The notes beneath the pieces are model-generated. The model worked only from the letters and a program-made list of their open reading frames with translations. It searched no databases and was not told where the DNA came from. Positions 40,630-51,822 of a stretch of 64,000 nucleotides of DNA are shown piece after piece; within the stretch, counting starts at the first letter, position 1, and the number at the start of each line of letters is the position of its first letter. The translations under genes and the position numbers were made by a program. The DNA comes from a bacterium UBP8_UBA817 (GTDB taxonomy: Bacteria; Margulisbacteria; Marinamargulisbacteria; CAMDBA01), in assembly GCA_945888995.1 (NCBI GenBank), contig CAMDBA010000001.1, positions 12,796 through 76,795 of the forward strand. Direction: 5' to 3'.

Positions 40630-41508
40630 TTACACCAGCTGTTCGGGAGCCAGAAAAAATAATCGCATCTTTTCATACAAAGAGACCGGTTTGGCCAAAG
40701 CACTCGGATCATGCCCGCCTAATTTGGCCGTGATATAGGACAAAAGCCGGGTCCGGGTCATTTGTTTAACCTTCTTGAACTCCGCATAATTTTGCTTAAA
40801 AAATGCGTGTCCGGAATGACTATCCGGACCTCTTCTGTGATGAAGGTGAAGGCATGGATAATCGGTCACCCGTTTTGCTAAATACCCTAATTTGGCGAAT
40901 CGTGTCATGATTTCATTGTCTTCCCATCCCCAGGAAATAAAGCGCCGATTATAACCGCCGAATGCCTGGAATATCGTCCGGCGGAACATCACAAGACCGC
41001 CCAAAGCCCGAGTATGAACACATTTCACATCTCCGGCTACCACACCGACTTTCGGATGAGCCGGAATCGGAACCGCCGAAAAATTAAAGGTTGCCGCCAA
41101 CAGGGCTTTGGTCTCACCATCGATGTCCAGAAAAACCCCATTATAGGGAAAAACCATCGCCAGATCAGGATCATCATGAAACATCGATATGGCCGTCTTG
41201 AGGGCTTCCGGATCAACCAGGACGTCTGTGTCATACGACACCACAATCTGGCGGTCAGACAGCGACGCGCCTATATTGAGCAATTGTGTTCGGTGCATCG
41301 GCTCTTCCGATGGGAAAAATTGATAGTGCGCCACCGTCGGCGCTTCTTCCGGCCGGAAGTGCTGTGACGGACCGGTTTCCAGGACCATAATATCTGTATC
41401 TTTAAACCAGGTATGAAAGTATCTCAACACCGTGTTCAGGTTTTCGGTCCGATCGTCGGTATCATATTGAAACGGAATAATAATACTAAGCGTGTGTAGC
41501 GAAATCAT
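40630..41508 (-). CDS. GT-A glycosyltransferase with GT7-like C-terminal motif
   Basis: LNIGA, YDTD (DxD), GGYNRRFISWGWEDNE, LHLHH. Confidence 0.8.
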   Translation of the reverse strand: MISLHTLSIIIPFQYDTDDRTENLNTVLRYFHTWFKDTDIMVLETGPSQHFRPEEAPTVAHYQFFPSEEPMHRTQLLNIGASLSDRQIVVSYDTDVLVDPEALKTAISMFHDDPDLAMVFPYNGVFLDIDGETKALLAATFNFSAVPIPAHPKVGVVAGDVKCVHTRALGGLVMFRRTIFQAFGGYNRRFISWGWEDNEIMTRFAKLGYLAKRVTDYPCLHLHHRRGPDSHSGHAFFKQNYAEFKKVKQMTRTRLLSYITAKLGGHDPSALAKPVSLYEKMRLFFLAPEQLV

Positions 41509-42214
41509 AGAGTGGATATTCCCGTGTCTCGGCCGATCTTAAATGGGTTGCTTCGCAGCCATTGAGATAGCCGAGCTTTAAGCCTGAACGCTTGAGTTTG
41601 TCATACAAGAAAGCATCATCCGGGTAATAGACTTTCCCGGTGGAGTGGGGATAGAGTTCATAGCGCAGCTGATCCCGCAATACCGCGCCTCTAAGTGCCA
41701 AAAGCCCCCCCGCGACATTACACAGAAACGGCACGCTGAGCAAATATGACTTTCCGTTGGTACCGACGACTTTTTTGGGCCGGAAAAAGAGGTTACTCTC
41801 CGGGTTACACAGATTCGGCGTATACCGCATTCCCAGCAGTCCGGAATCCGGGATCATGTCCACAGCTTCGATCAAAAGATCCAAACTCTTAATCGAAAAA
41901 ATGATATCCGAGTCAATCGAGATAAGGATTCTAGGCAAGTTATGGTCGCTAATCGTTGTTTCGATAAAGGTGTTCATTGCATTCGCCTTGCCGTAATTCC
42001 GATCGAGCAAGCGCACTTCCAGTTGCGGATGAGACAATGTGTTTAAATAGGCTTGGGTTTCAGCATCCGATTGATTATCTAAAATGACCAGAAACACATC
42101 CGACCGGTGATTCAGAATTCTGAGCATACAGTCCGCAAAAAGCCGTAATTCCGGCTGGTAATTATACGACGGGCTGAGAAGAAGAATCTGATTATGATAG
42201 GCCGAAGCGGTCAT
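41486..42214 (-). CDS. GT2-like glycosyltransferase
   Basis: VILDNQSD, RNYGKANAMN, SIDSD (DxD); lies in the GT cluster. Confidence 0.65.
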   Translation of the reverse strand: MTASAYHNQILLLSPSYNYQPELRLFADCMLRILNHRSDVFLVILDNQSDAETQAYLNTLSHPQLEVRLLDRNYGKANAMNTFIETTISDHNLPRILISIDSDIIFSIKSLDLLIEAVDMIPDSGLLGMRYTPNLCNPESNLFFRPKKVVGTNGKSYLLSVPFLCNVAGGLLALRGAVLRDQLRYELYPHSTGKVYYPDDAFLYDKLKRSGLKLGYLNGCEATHLRSAETREYPLYDFATHA

Positions 42215-43053
42215 GGCCGGTCCTCCAATTGGGCAGTGATCGCCGCAATCACGCGGGGCGGATAGTGAATATACGGCTTTGCAAGCTCATAGTTTTCTTC
42301 GATTGCGGGACTCATTTTGGCATAATCTTCAGGCGTTAAGCGAGAGACCTTTTCAATCAGATCGTCGCAAGAAGAGACTTGGATTATCCCCTCCGGGTTA
42401 AAATAACGGTCGATATTCGGGCATCCCCAATATACCGGCACTGTCTTTGTCACCAGGCAATCCAGCAGCTTTTCCGAAAAATAAAATCGGTCGCGGCAAT
42501 TTTCGATCGCGATATGAAACTGGGTATCAAACAGCGGCATTTTGGACGCGCCCAGCGTCGGCGACCCGGCGGATTTCCTGAAATGCGACAATAATTTCCA
42601 CCAAAGCCCCGCGCCCATACTGCTCACATAAAATGTCTTTGGAATGCGGATCGATTGCTGCACCCGCCAGATCCGGTGGCGTAATTTATGGCCTTCGGTA
42701 TAATTTTTAAACCCACACACCATCGACACTCCGAAGATTTTGTCGGGAAATGAATGGTCCGCAATCCAGGTCGTGCCGAATTCAAATAACACCGCTTTTT
42801 CCGGCAGCATCTCCAGCAATACATCATCATACGTTAAGATCACATCGAAATAGTCGTGATGTTTCATGGTCTTTTCACGGAGCCCCAAAATAGAATTTGG
42901 CTCGATTAACAGGAGAATCTTGATGCTGGGACCGGGTTTCGGTAAGTCACGCAGACTATCGACCCATATCTCGATAGGATGGTTAAACTCCGTCTCGGCA
43001 ACGGAATCTAGAAACTCAATATTGGCGCCGGTGTGAAAGATCGGTTTTGTCAT
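42211..43053 (-). CDS. GT10 (fucosyltransferase-like) glycosyltransferase
   Basis: FHIAIENCRDRFYFSEKLLDCLVTKTVPVYWG matches the GT10 donor-binding motif. Confidence 0.75.
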   Translation of the reverse strand: MTKPIFHTGANIEFLDSVAETEFNHPIEIWVDSLRDLPKPGPSIKILLLIEPNSILGLREKTMKHHDYFDVILTYDDVLLEMLPEKAVLFEFGTTWIADHSFPDKIFGVSMVCGFKNYTEGHKLRHRIWRVQQSIRIPKTFYVSSMGAGLWWKLLSHFRKSAGSPTLGASKMPLFDTQFHIAIENCRDRFYFSEKLLDCLVTKTVPVYWGCPNIDRYFNPEGIIQVSSCDDLIEKVSRLTPEDYAKMSPAIEENYELAKPYIHYPPRVIAAITAQLEDRP

Positions 43054-43055
43054 GT

Positions 43056-43889
43056 CTAAAATCCACCTACCGCGTCTGCCGCCATGACCTCATAATCCGG
43101 AAAAATCGATTGAACCGAGGGAAGAAAGCGGTCCCGTGCTTCACGAGCTTTAAACGAAATAAAGACGGTCGCTCCTGATCCGGATAAATAAAGTGACTGC
43201 CCAAGATCCCGCACTTTTTGTTCGATTTGGCCAAATATCGGATATAAAGAAAACAACGGATCTTTTAGAGAATTTTCGCCTAATTGTTCGGTCAATAACG
43301 TCACAGGTGTTCTTCCCGCACGTTTTTGCGCGGCAGGGCTTTGATCGAAGGCTTTAAACACAGGGCCGGTGTGTACCGTTAAATTTGGGTTAATCAGAAT
43401 AAAATACCGATACTCGCCCGGCGCAATCGGCCGTAATTTTTCGCCGATCCCTCTGACCAGCATAGTGCCGCCATGTAAAAAAAACGGAACATCCGCGCCG
43501 ATTTTTTTGGCGATTCCGATTAGGCGCTGGGGTGAAAACGGAGACGGGACAATTCCGTTCAAGTAAGTTAATAATACTGCGGCATTCGAACTTCCGCCGC
43601 CAAGGCCGCCCCCGATGGGAATGCGTTTTTGGATATGAACGGACAGGCCATGAGACAATTGAGCCTCAAAGGCCCGATAGGCTTTTGTAATAATATTACC
43701 GGGACCTGTCGGCACATCTTCCCGGGATGAGGTTATCACCAGTTTTTTTTCGGCAATGTGTTCGATTGTCAGGTCGTCATGCAGGGAAATCAACTGAAAA
43801 ACCGAGCAGATCGGATGGTAGCCATCAGATCTTGCCCGGTATACGAATAAAGATAAATTAAGTTTTGCAAAAGACGCTAAAAGAGGCAC
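43056..43889 (-). CDS. ispE: 4-diphosphocytidyl-2-C-methyl-D-erythritol kinase
   Basis: AKLNLSL, DGYHPI, KRIPIGGGLGGGSSNAA, GADVPFF, LSGSG. Confidence 0.95.
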   Translation of the reverse strand: MPLLASFAKLNLSLFVYRARSDGYHPICSVFQLISLHDDLTIEHIAEKKLVITSSREDVPTGPGNIITKAYRAFEAQLSHGLSVHIQKRIPIGGGLGGGSSNAAVLLTYLNGIVPSPFSPQRLIGIAKKIGADVPFFLHGGTMLVRGIGEKLRPIAPGEYRYFILINPNLTVHTGPVFKAFDQSPAAQKRAGRTPVTLLTEQLGENSLKDPLFSLYPIFGQIEQKVRDLGQSLYLSGSGATVFISFKAREARDRFLPSVQSIFPDYEVMAADAVGGF

Positions 43890-43915
43890 AATGACGCTTT
43901 CGAAATGGTCCTCGT

Positions 43916-44770
43916 TTACTTAATCAAAGACACGTCACGTGTAATTTTGATGGTTTTTTTAACGCTGTCCAGATAATTCGCCATCACTTTTCTTTGTGCC
44001 TCGACCAATAATCCTTTACGGATTTCTTCTTTAACACTGGCGAAAGCAATTTTAGGACGGGTCCGAATATCGACTAATTGAATAATATGATAACCGAATG
44101 TGGTCTTAACTACAGGCGAGAGGTTATTTTTCTTCGTCAAGGCCAAGGCTGCATTTTCAAATGCCGGAACAAAGTCTCCTTTGGTGATATATCCGAGGTC
44201 CCCGCCATTGGCAGCAGACGGATCAATCGAGCTCTTACGTGCTACATCCGCGAACTTCGCGCCACGTTTAAGATCTGCCAAGGCCTTTTTTGCCGCAGCT
44301 TCGGTTTTGATCAGAATATGACTGACGCGACGTTGTTCAGTGGAGCTGAATCGGGCGGCGTTTTTATTGTAATAATCCAGAACCTGTTTATCTGTCACAC
44401 GGATTTTATTTTCGACATTGTCCCGGAGCAAAATTGCGACGAGAAGGCGTTTGCGCTGAGCATCGAGCTGTTCTTTAAATTCAGGGGTCTTTTCGTACCC
44501 TTTTTTATCCGCTTCAACCAGCAGGACTTCTTCATCGATCATTTGATTGAGGACGCGGACTTTGTTTTCACGGTTATTCAGAATGGACGCATATTCTTTA
44601 GGATATGCGGCTAAGCGTGCCTGAAACTGGCTGAGCCTGATTTCTTCATCGCCGACTTTGGCTAATACATCGTTTTTATAAACCGCAGATTGCGAAGGAA
44701 GCGGCATTGCGCCTTGACTTGAGTAAATTGAAATTGCGAGTAAGGCTAAAATCCACAGGTATCGTTGCAT
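43916..44770 (-). CDS. Exported parvulin-type peptidyl-prolyl isomerase (PrsA/SurA-like)
   Basis: Signal peptide; VSHILI, FADVARKSSIDP, NGGDLG, FENAA, TTFGYHII. Confidence 0.9.
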   Translation of the reverse strand: MQRYLWILALLAISIYSSQGAMPLPSQSAVYKNDVLAKVGDEEIRLSQFQARLAAYPKEYASILNNRENKVRVLNQMIDEEVLLVEADKKGYEKTPEFKEQLDAQRKRLLVAILLRDNVENKIRVTDKQVLDYYNKNAARFSSTEQRRVSHILIKTEAAAKKALADLKRGAKFADVARKSSIDPSAANGGDLGYITKGDFVPAFENAALALTKKNNLSPVVKTTFGYHIIQLVDIRTRPKIAFASVKEEIRKGLLVEAQRKVMANYLDSVKKTIKITRDVSLIK

Positions 44771-44834
44771 ATCAGATAGTCCTTCCGGGGTCTTTTGAAA
44801 TTATTCTAATTTGTTTTATGTGATTATGCAATTA

Positions 44835-45034
44835 AGGGTGGGAGGCACAATTCACGCCTCTCAATTCACGCCCTCAATTCACCCCTCCCTCCTACGCTAA
44901 AGCTTCTGCGGATAAACCAAACCTCCCCTTATCAAGGGCAGGCTTTACTTTCGGATCACAAAGTCACCGAAGATCCGCTGCTGGGGGGGGGTCCCTCTGC
45001 CCTTACCAAGGGGGGAGGTTAGGTGGGGGTGGGC
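44835..45034. repeat. Composite intergenic repeat cluster
   Basis: Three tandem CAATTCAC(G)CC units (44848-44886), CCTACGCTAAAGCTTCTGCGG (44891-44911), inverted pair AACCTCCCCTTATCAAGGGCAG (44920-41) / CTGCCCTTACCAAGGGGGGAGGTT (44997-45020). Confidence 0.7.
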
Positions 45035-45093
45035 TATTTAACAACCTCTACCCTTTGTCCAAAGATAACGCTAAAATAGGTCTCCCTATAAAT

Positions 45094-45140
45094 GGGCAAA
45101 AAAAAGGAAGCAACATAATTGCTCCCTTTTTTCGGTGCCC
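45094..45140. terminator. Terminator-like hairpin upstream of purC
   Basis: A8-GGAAGCAA-cataa-TTGCTCC-C-T6 with outer GGGCA/TGCCC. Confidence 0.45.
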
Positions 45141-45216
45141 CCCACCATAATGTTTAATACCCCTCTTATCAACGGTCTAAACCATATTAATTTTATTTCT
45201 TTTATAAGGAGCCGAT

Positions 45217-46077
45217 ATGACCTCAAAACCATTACCAGGATTGTCACTATTTAAGACGGGTAAAGTGCGGGACGTGTATGATTTCGGGAGTGAATTGCTG
45301 ATTGTCGCGTCCGACAGGATCTCGGCATTCGATTATATTTTACCGACACTGATTCCGAATAAAGGCAAAATTCTGACACAGGTTTCAGCGTTTTGGTTCG
45401 AGAGGACAGGTCACATTGTACCGAATCATATGATCTCGATTGAGACGGCGGACTTCCCTGCCTCGGCTCAGCCCTATGCTGCGGAGTTAGCCGGACGGTC
45501 GATGCTGGTCAAAAAAACCGACCTGATTGAAATCGAATGCGTTGTACGCGGCTATCTGATCGGCACCGGCTGGAAAGAGTATCAGGCTACGGGCGAGGTC
45601 TGCGGTATTCGCCTTCCTAAAGATCTAAACCTGGCAGACAAACTTCCTGAGCCGATCTTCACCCCGGCGATCAAAGCCCGGACAGGGCATGATGAAAATG
45701 TCTCATTCGACGTCGTCGCTGATCAAATCGGAACCGATCTTGCGGCCCATCTCAGATCCACCAGCCTCGCGCTGTATGAGTACGCGAGAGTCTACGCCTT
45801 ATCTAAAGGGATTATTATCGCCGACACAAAATTCGAGTTCGGACTCCTCGACGGTCAGCTCATCCTCATCGATGAAGCACTAACGCCCGATTCTTCCCGG
45901 TTCTGGCCATTAGAGACCTATCTCCCGGGCATTTCTCCACCGAGTTTTGACAAACAAATCGTCAGAGATTACCTCGAAGCCAACTGGGACAAAAACCCAC
46001 CGGTGCCGGGGCTTCCTGAAGAAATTGTGGCAAAGACGGTGAGGGAATATGAGAGATTGCAGGGGTTGTTGGGGTAA
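45217..46077 (+). CDS. purC: SAICAR synthetase
   Basis: GKVRDVY, SDRISAFD, ECVVRGYL, FTPAIK, DTKFEFG, DEALTPDSSRFW, DKQIVRDY. Confidence 0.98.
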   Translation: MTSKPLPGLSLFKTGKVRDVYDFGSELLIVASDRISAFDYILPTLIPNKGKILTQVSAFWFERTGHIVPNHMISIETADFPASAQPYAAELAGRSMLVKKTDLIEIECVVRGYLIGTGWKEYQATGEVCGIRLPKDLNLADKLPEPIFTPAIKARTGHDENVSFDVVADQIGTDLAAHLRSTSLALYEYARVYALSKGIIIADTKFEFGLLDGQLILIDEALTPDSSRFWPLETYLPGISPPSFDKQIVRDYLEANWDKNPPVPGLPEEIVAKTVREYERLQGLLG

Positions 46078-47527
<1,450 letters not shown>

Positions 47528-47674
47528 TTGGTACCACAATTAAATAGACCATCACCAACATAGCCGGGCGAGATGAATTATAGCAAAACCCACGACAGAA
47601 AAAAACCTATTATTTCTGATCGCAGACACACCGGCTAGTCCGGCTTACCTCATATCATTTATAAAGAGAAATTT

Positions 47675-47896
47675 TTAGATATAAAACTTCTTCTTATCAT
47701 CCGGAGATGGCTTCACGGGAATCGGCTTAATAACCGGCGCTTTCGGCACCATGCGTTCCATATAACTTTTATACACAGGGCAGTCGTAAGCACTCCGAAA
47801 ACAATGCACCCGAAGCTCCGAAATCGTCGGCGGCGCATTTCCCTTTGCCTTACACACCTTCACATAACCGAATTCCTCAAGATAGTGACATTTCAT
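47675..47896 (-). CDS. Small Cys-rich hypothetical protein (possible metal binder)
   Basis: 73 aa, C3-x11-C15-x16-C32-x6-C39-P; GGAG SD 7 nt before ATG; Pro/Lys tail. Confidence 0.65.
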   Translation of the reverse strand: MKCHYLEEFGYVKVCKAKGNAPPTISELRVHCFRSAYDCPVYKSYMERMVPKAPVIKPIPVKPSPDDKKKFYI

Positions 47897-47988
47897 TGCG
47901 TTACTCCGTGACCATTATGCCAAGAGTTATACCGAGATTTCAATCTCGATCTATAAGAGATATGTTAAATTTATTGAAAGTATCTCAA

Positions 47989-48070
47989 TTTTTTATCATG
48001 TGCAATTTCTCGCGAAGGGGATAGTCGCAGACGCTACAGACCCGAAGCGAAAATTGTACATGGAAAAAAA
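47989..48070 (-). repeat. Long hairpin directly 3' of tRNA-Tyr, with 50-bp core shared with the tmRNA trailer
   Basis: 48005-48054 matches 5616-5665 at 45/50 positions; flanked by locus-specific inverted arms. Confidence 0.85.
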
Positions 48071-48071
48071 T

Positions 48072-48158
48072 TGGTGGAGGGAGCTGGATTCGAACCAACG
48101 TAGCGCGTAGCGCGGCAGATTTACAGTCTGCTACCATTAACCACTCGGCCATCCCTCC
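48072..48158 (-). tRNA. tRNA-Tyr(GTA)
   Basis: 87-nt GGAGGGA...TCCCTCC-A-CCA, anticodon loop CT-GTA-AA, long variable arm, T-loop TTCGAAT. Confidence 0.98.
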
Positions 48159-48178
48159 ACGAAGTGGAAGTGGGGAAA

Positions 48179-48207
48179 AGGATAGCCCTTAATCGACCTC
48201 ATGTCAA
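48179..48207 (-). promoter_or_regulatory. Sigma70-type promoter of tRNA-Tyr
   Basis: TTGACA (48207-02), 17 bp, TATCCT (48184-79). Confidence 0.7.
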
Positions 48208-48235
48208 TTAAGAGCCGCTTTTTCCCGATCACAAG

Positions 48236-49330
48236 TTAGTCACCCAGACACATGCCCATATTACGCGCAGTCTGAAGTAAATAATTATCGTCAGTCACAA
48301 ATTTATAATAGGAAATCGCTTCTTTAATCGGCACACTTGTAAAGGCAAACCGAGAATACGACACCATATGTCCGAACTGTCCGCTCTGAACCAGATCAAA
48401 GGCCTTCGCCCCGAACTGAGTCGCCAAAACCCGGTCAAACGCCACAGGAATCCCGCCACGCTGAACATGTCCTAGCACGGTCACGCGCATATCAATGTCG
48501 ATCCGATCCTGTAAATCCGCCATCAAATGATACCCAATGCCACCGAGCCGGACGTTCTGGTAGCCGATCTCTTTGCTCTTTTGGCTCACCACGACGCCAT
48601 CTTTGGGACGTGCGCCTTCGGCGACGACCATAATGGCAAAACCGCGATTGTTGACCACGCGACTTTGGATTTTGTCGACAAGTTTATCGAGGTCGTAAGG
48701 AATCTCTGGAATCAAAGCGATCTCTGCGCCCGCCGCCACCGCAGTGTGCAGACAAATCCATCCTGCATCCCGTCCCATGACTTCCGCAATCATGACGCGA
48801 TTGTGACTCTCGGCTGTTGTGACCAGCTTGTCCACCGCTTCGGTCGCGATCTCCACCGCCGTCTGGAATCCGAAAGTCAGATCGGTGGCGAATAAGTCGT
48901 TATCGATGGTTTTGGGGACCCCGACGATATTCACGCCTTTTTCAAACAGCTTTTGTGAAATTTTTTGAGATCCATCGCCGCCGATACTCACTACCGCATC
49001 GATATCGAGGTCGTTGAGCCGCCGGATTAGATCATCGGATCGATCCACGATCACCCAATTTCCGGACTCATCCTGAATCGGATAGGCAAAAGGATCGCCT
49101 TTATTCACCGTCTCGAGGATTGTACCGCCTTTGACGTGAATACCGGAGACACTGTGATAATCCAGTGTTACCAAGTCCTGAGGGTCTTCCAATACGCCAT
49201 TAAACGCTCGCTTACTTCCGATCACTTCCCAACCACCGGCACAATACGCACTGCGAACTACTGCGCGAATCACCGTATTCAAACCTGGACAGTCTCCGCC
49301 ACCTGTTAGTACTAATAGTCGTTTTTTCAT
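48236..49330 (-). CDS. pfkA: 6-phosphofructokinase (group III type, probably ATP-dependent)
   Basis: GGGDCPGLN, GGTIL, GGDGS (Gly rather than Asp at the donor-specificity position), PKTIDND, EVMGRDAGW, LGHVQRGG. Confidence 0.93.
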   Translation of the reverse strand: MKKRLLVLTGGGDCPGLNTVIRAVVRSAYCAGGWEVIGSKRAFNGVLEDPQDLVTLDYHSVSGIHVKGGTILETVNKGDPFAYPIQDESGNWVIVDRSDDLIRRLNDLDIDAVVSIGGDGSQKISQKLFEKGVNIVGVPKTIDNDLFATDLTFGFQTAVEIATEAVDKLVTTAESHNRVMIAEVMGRDAGWICLHTAVAAGAEIALIPEIPYDLDKLVDKIQSRVVNNRGFAIMVVAEGARPKDGVVVSQKSKEIGYQNVRLGGIGYHLMADLQDRIDIDMRVTVLGHVQRGGIPVAFDRVLATQFGAKAFDLVQSGQFGHMVSYSRFAFTSVPIKEAISYYKFVTDDNYLLQTARNMGMCLGD

Positions 49331-49427
49331 AGTATATTTAGTGTAGAAGATGCCTATAGGCTTTGCAAATAATTTAGACTCGCATCAGCGATTGGATATC
49401 CGACGCTGAGTTAGTAAAGGACTCCTG

Positions 49428-50123
49428 ATGAAAAAAGCACCTTATTATGCCTTACTCGGCTTCTGTCTCTTGCTCATCCCATTCGGATTTTGGCTTCAAC
49501 AGACATTAAGCAACCCCGTTCCCAAAGGCCCCATCGGGTTTCTATACCAAAAAGCGGGCGATAAACCGGCCAAATATGCGGATAGATTATCACTCTCGTC
49601 ATTTTCAACCTCCCAATACGAAGCCCTGATCAAAGCCGCCGGCGAAGTCCATGAATTCCGGACCGTCGATAATGAATGTGCCTGGTATGCCCTGTTTTAC
49701 ACGCTTTATACCTATTATTACGATCATCCGAACAGCACCCTTTATGCCGACTTCAAAGAGACCCTGTATTCGCCGAATTTTCTCCAATACTCTGTCATCG
49801 TCCATCACTTTCTGAGCAAACTGCCGGACACCCTCATGGCGTATAGGTCCATTGCCCAGCTTACCGTGGGTAATGACGGATCCCGGTTGAGATTCGTCTC
49901 GCCCCGGTTTCGAAGTGACGTCAATGTCGTATTAACCGCCGTCCAGCAAAACGGGTTCAGCCTCAAATACGCCTCTCCCAGGCTGCGGGATAATGAACAA
50001 GTCTTCAAAGCGGCCATTCATCAGAATGCGAAAGCCCGCCAATATGGCTCTGAGCGATTGAAAGTCGAGTTCGGAATGATGGATAATGGGGGCGATGTGA
50101 AGGCGCCTCCGAATCTGTTGTAA
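49428..50123 (+). CDS. Membrane-anchored/exported protein with DUF4116-like repeats
   Basis: N-terminal hydrophobic segment; FVSPRFRSDVNVVLTAVQQNGFSLKYASPRLRDNEQV. Confidence 0.7.
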   Translation: MKKAPYYALLGFCLLLIPFGFWLQQTLSNPVPKGPIGFLYQKAGDKPAKYADRLSLSSFSTSQYEALIKAAGEVHEFRTVDNECAWYALFYTLYTYYYDHPNSTLYADFKETLYSPNFLQYSVIVHHFLSKLPDTLMAYRSIAQLTVGNDGSRLRFVSPRFRSDVNVVLTAVQQNGFSLKYASPRLRDNEQVFKAAIHQNAKARQYGSERLKVEFGMMDNGGDVKAPPNLL

Positions 50124-50126
50124 ATT

Positions 50127-50153
50127 CTAGATTTCCGTCTTCACGGGAATGAC
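50127..50153. repeat. dRS3/REP-like half element
   Basis: CTAGATTTCC-GTCTTCAC-GGGAATGAC, one mismatch from ATTCCC-N8-GGGAAT. Confidence 0.55.
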
Positions 50154-50282
50154 AGGTCTGTGTCAAATCTATGGTATTAATCGAAATTTTCGGATCATTG
50201 GTTTAAAGACCGGACAATATTGGGTATTATAAGCAGCGCAGATATATTGATGCCGGGTTTATACCACAGGAGGCTGACTATT

Positions 50283-51485
50283 ATGGAAAAAATGACCCTT
50301 GCGACCTTTATCGTTGAGCCCGAGCATCGCCTCAAACAGGCGCTTGATCCGCTGTTAGGTCCCGACTATCCGATTATTAGTGTGCCGAATAAAGACCTGC
50401 TGTTCAAAGCCTTGCAAGAACATGCCTGCTTTTTACCCGCTGTTATCCTGATCGATTCTAAAATTAAAGAATCTCCGATTCAGCTTCTCCGTGATATCAA
50501 ACGCGACACCTATTGCCATGACGTCATCGTCCTGGCCGATAAAGTCGCCCACGAAGTCGCCATCGACGCCATGCAATCCTGTGCTTCCGACTATCTGACG
50601 CCCCCGCACGAAATCACCCAGCTCTCCGACCTGATCCGGACCCGGGTCGATAATCTGTTGTATCAAAGCAGCATTAACTTATTTGAGTACACCATTAAGC
50701 ACGGCGTCATCGAACGCCAACGCGAAAAACGCGAGCGGCTGATCCATTCCCGCATCTGGGCCATGAAAGCTCAAAATTCGGCTGAGTATCAACGTCTGGA
50801 AGCCGACTTCGACACTCGCGCCCGCTTCTCACTCAAAGGAACCGTCCTAATCGTTGATGACGAGCTGTATTTCCGCCGGACGTTGCAGTTTTTTCTGAAG
50901 CCTAATTTTACAATTCTGGTGGCCGAAGACGGGCTGGATGCCTTGGACGTCCTCAAAGCCCATCCTGAAACCGACGTTGTCCTGCTGGATGTCCGCATGC
51001 CGCGCCTCAATGGCAACGAAGCCATTCCTCAGATCCGCGCGCTTAACCCGCATGTCCAAGTCGTGATGCTCACCGCGTTTAGAGATACCGACATCGCCAT
51101 CCAATCCATGAAACTCGGCGCTTGCGATTACCTGAATAAACCGTCCAAACAATCGATTATTATGGAAAAAGTCCAAAACGCCCTTAAAATCAAACAACTC
51201 TCTATTAATCACGAAACCGAAGTGCCGTATTACGAACGCATCAAGCTATTCGATGACCTCTGGGAATCTGCCGAAGAACATGGCAAAACCTTGCTGTACC
51301 ACGATCTCTATCTCTTCTTCCCCGAAGCCTCACACTACCCGATTGCCGCAACCATGCGTATTACCGATGCGGATATGCACCGTGGCGCTGAGCCGTTGGT
51401 GGATGCAATTATTCATAAATCTAAAGAGATTGAATCGTTGGAAGAAAAAGCCTTAATGGCGAAGTTTTTGAATGGGGCTTTATAA
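50283..51485 (+). CDS. Response regulator with degenerate and canonical receiver domains
   Basis: Second REC is canonical (VLIVDDE, LLDVRMP, MLTA, DYLNKP); first is degenerate (IVEPE, ILID, DYLTPP); start uncertain (50220 or 50283). Confidence 0.8.
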   Translation: MEKMTLATFIVEPEHRLKQALDPLLGPDYPIISVPNKDLLFKALQEHACFLPAVILIDSKIKESPIQLLRDIKRDTYCHDVIVLADKVAHEVAIDAMQSCASDYLTPPHEITQLSDLIRTRVDNLLYQSSINLFEYTIKHGVIERQREKRERLIHSRIWAMKAQNSAEYQRLEADFDTRARFSLKGTVLIVDDELYFRRTLQFFLKPNFTILVAEDGLDALDVLKAHPETDVVLLDVRMPRLNGNEAIPQIRALNPHVQVVMLTAFRDTDIAIQSMKLGACDYLNKPSKQSIIMEKVQNALKIKQLSINHETEVPYYERIKLFDDLWESAEEHGKTLLYHDLYLFFPEASHYPIAATMRITDADMHRGAEPLVDAIIHKSKEIESLEEKALMAKFLNGAL

Positions 51486-51822
51486 ACCCCCATTCCCTCA
51501 CAGACTTTCAGTTTAACAGTGATAAAGTGAAACTATGTTTCAACGATGACTACACATTGAGGCTGACAAAAACGTCGGCATCAGAGTCTTGACTATCGAA
51601 CTCCCAACATGGTCTATTACGGTCATTCTGGTCTCTTGAAAACCGCATGATTTTATTCGGTTTTCCACTTAAAATTTACCGACTTCTGTCATAACTTACA
51701 CGGCCAGCTCTTTGAATCTTCATCCGTTAGGGCCGGGAGGATTTCAATGATAGAATCATAAACAAAAAAAACACGGTCTACGATGGATTTAAAGCCAGAG
51801 TGGAACCAAAAGAGGATTTCCA

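Noticed and set aside
51486-51822. Pseudogene in the gap before blc
   Set aside because: Short broken frames on both strands with no recognisable similarity.
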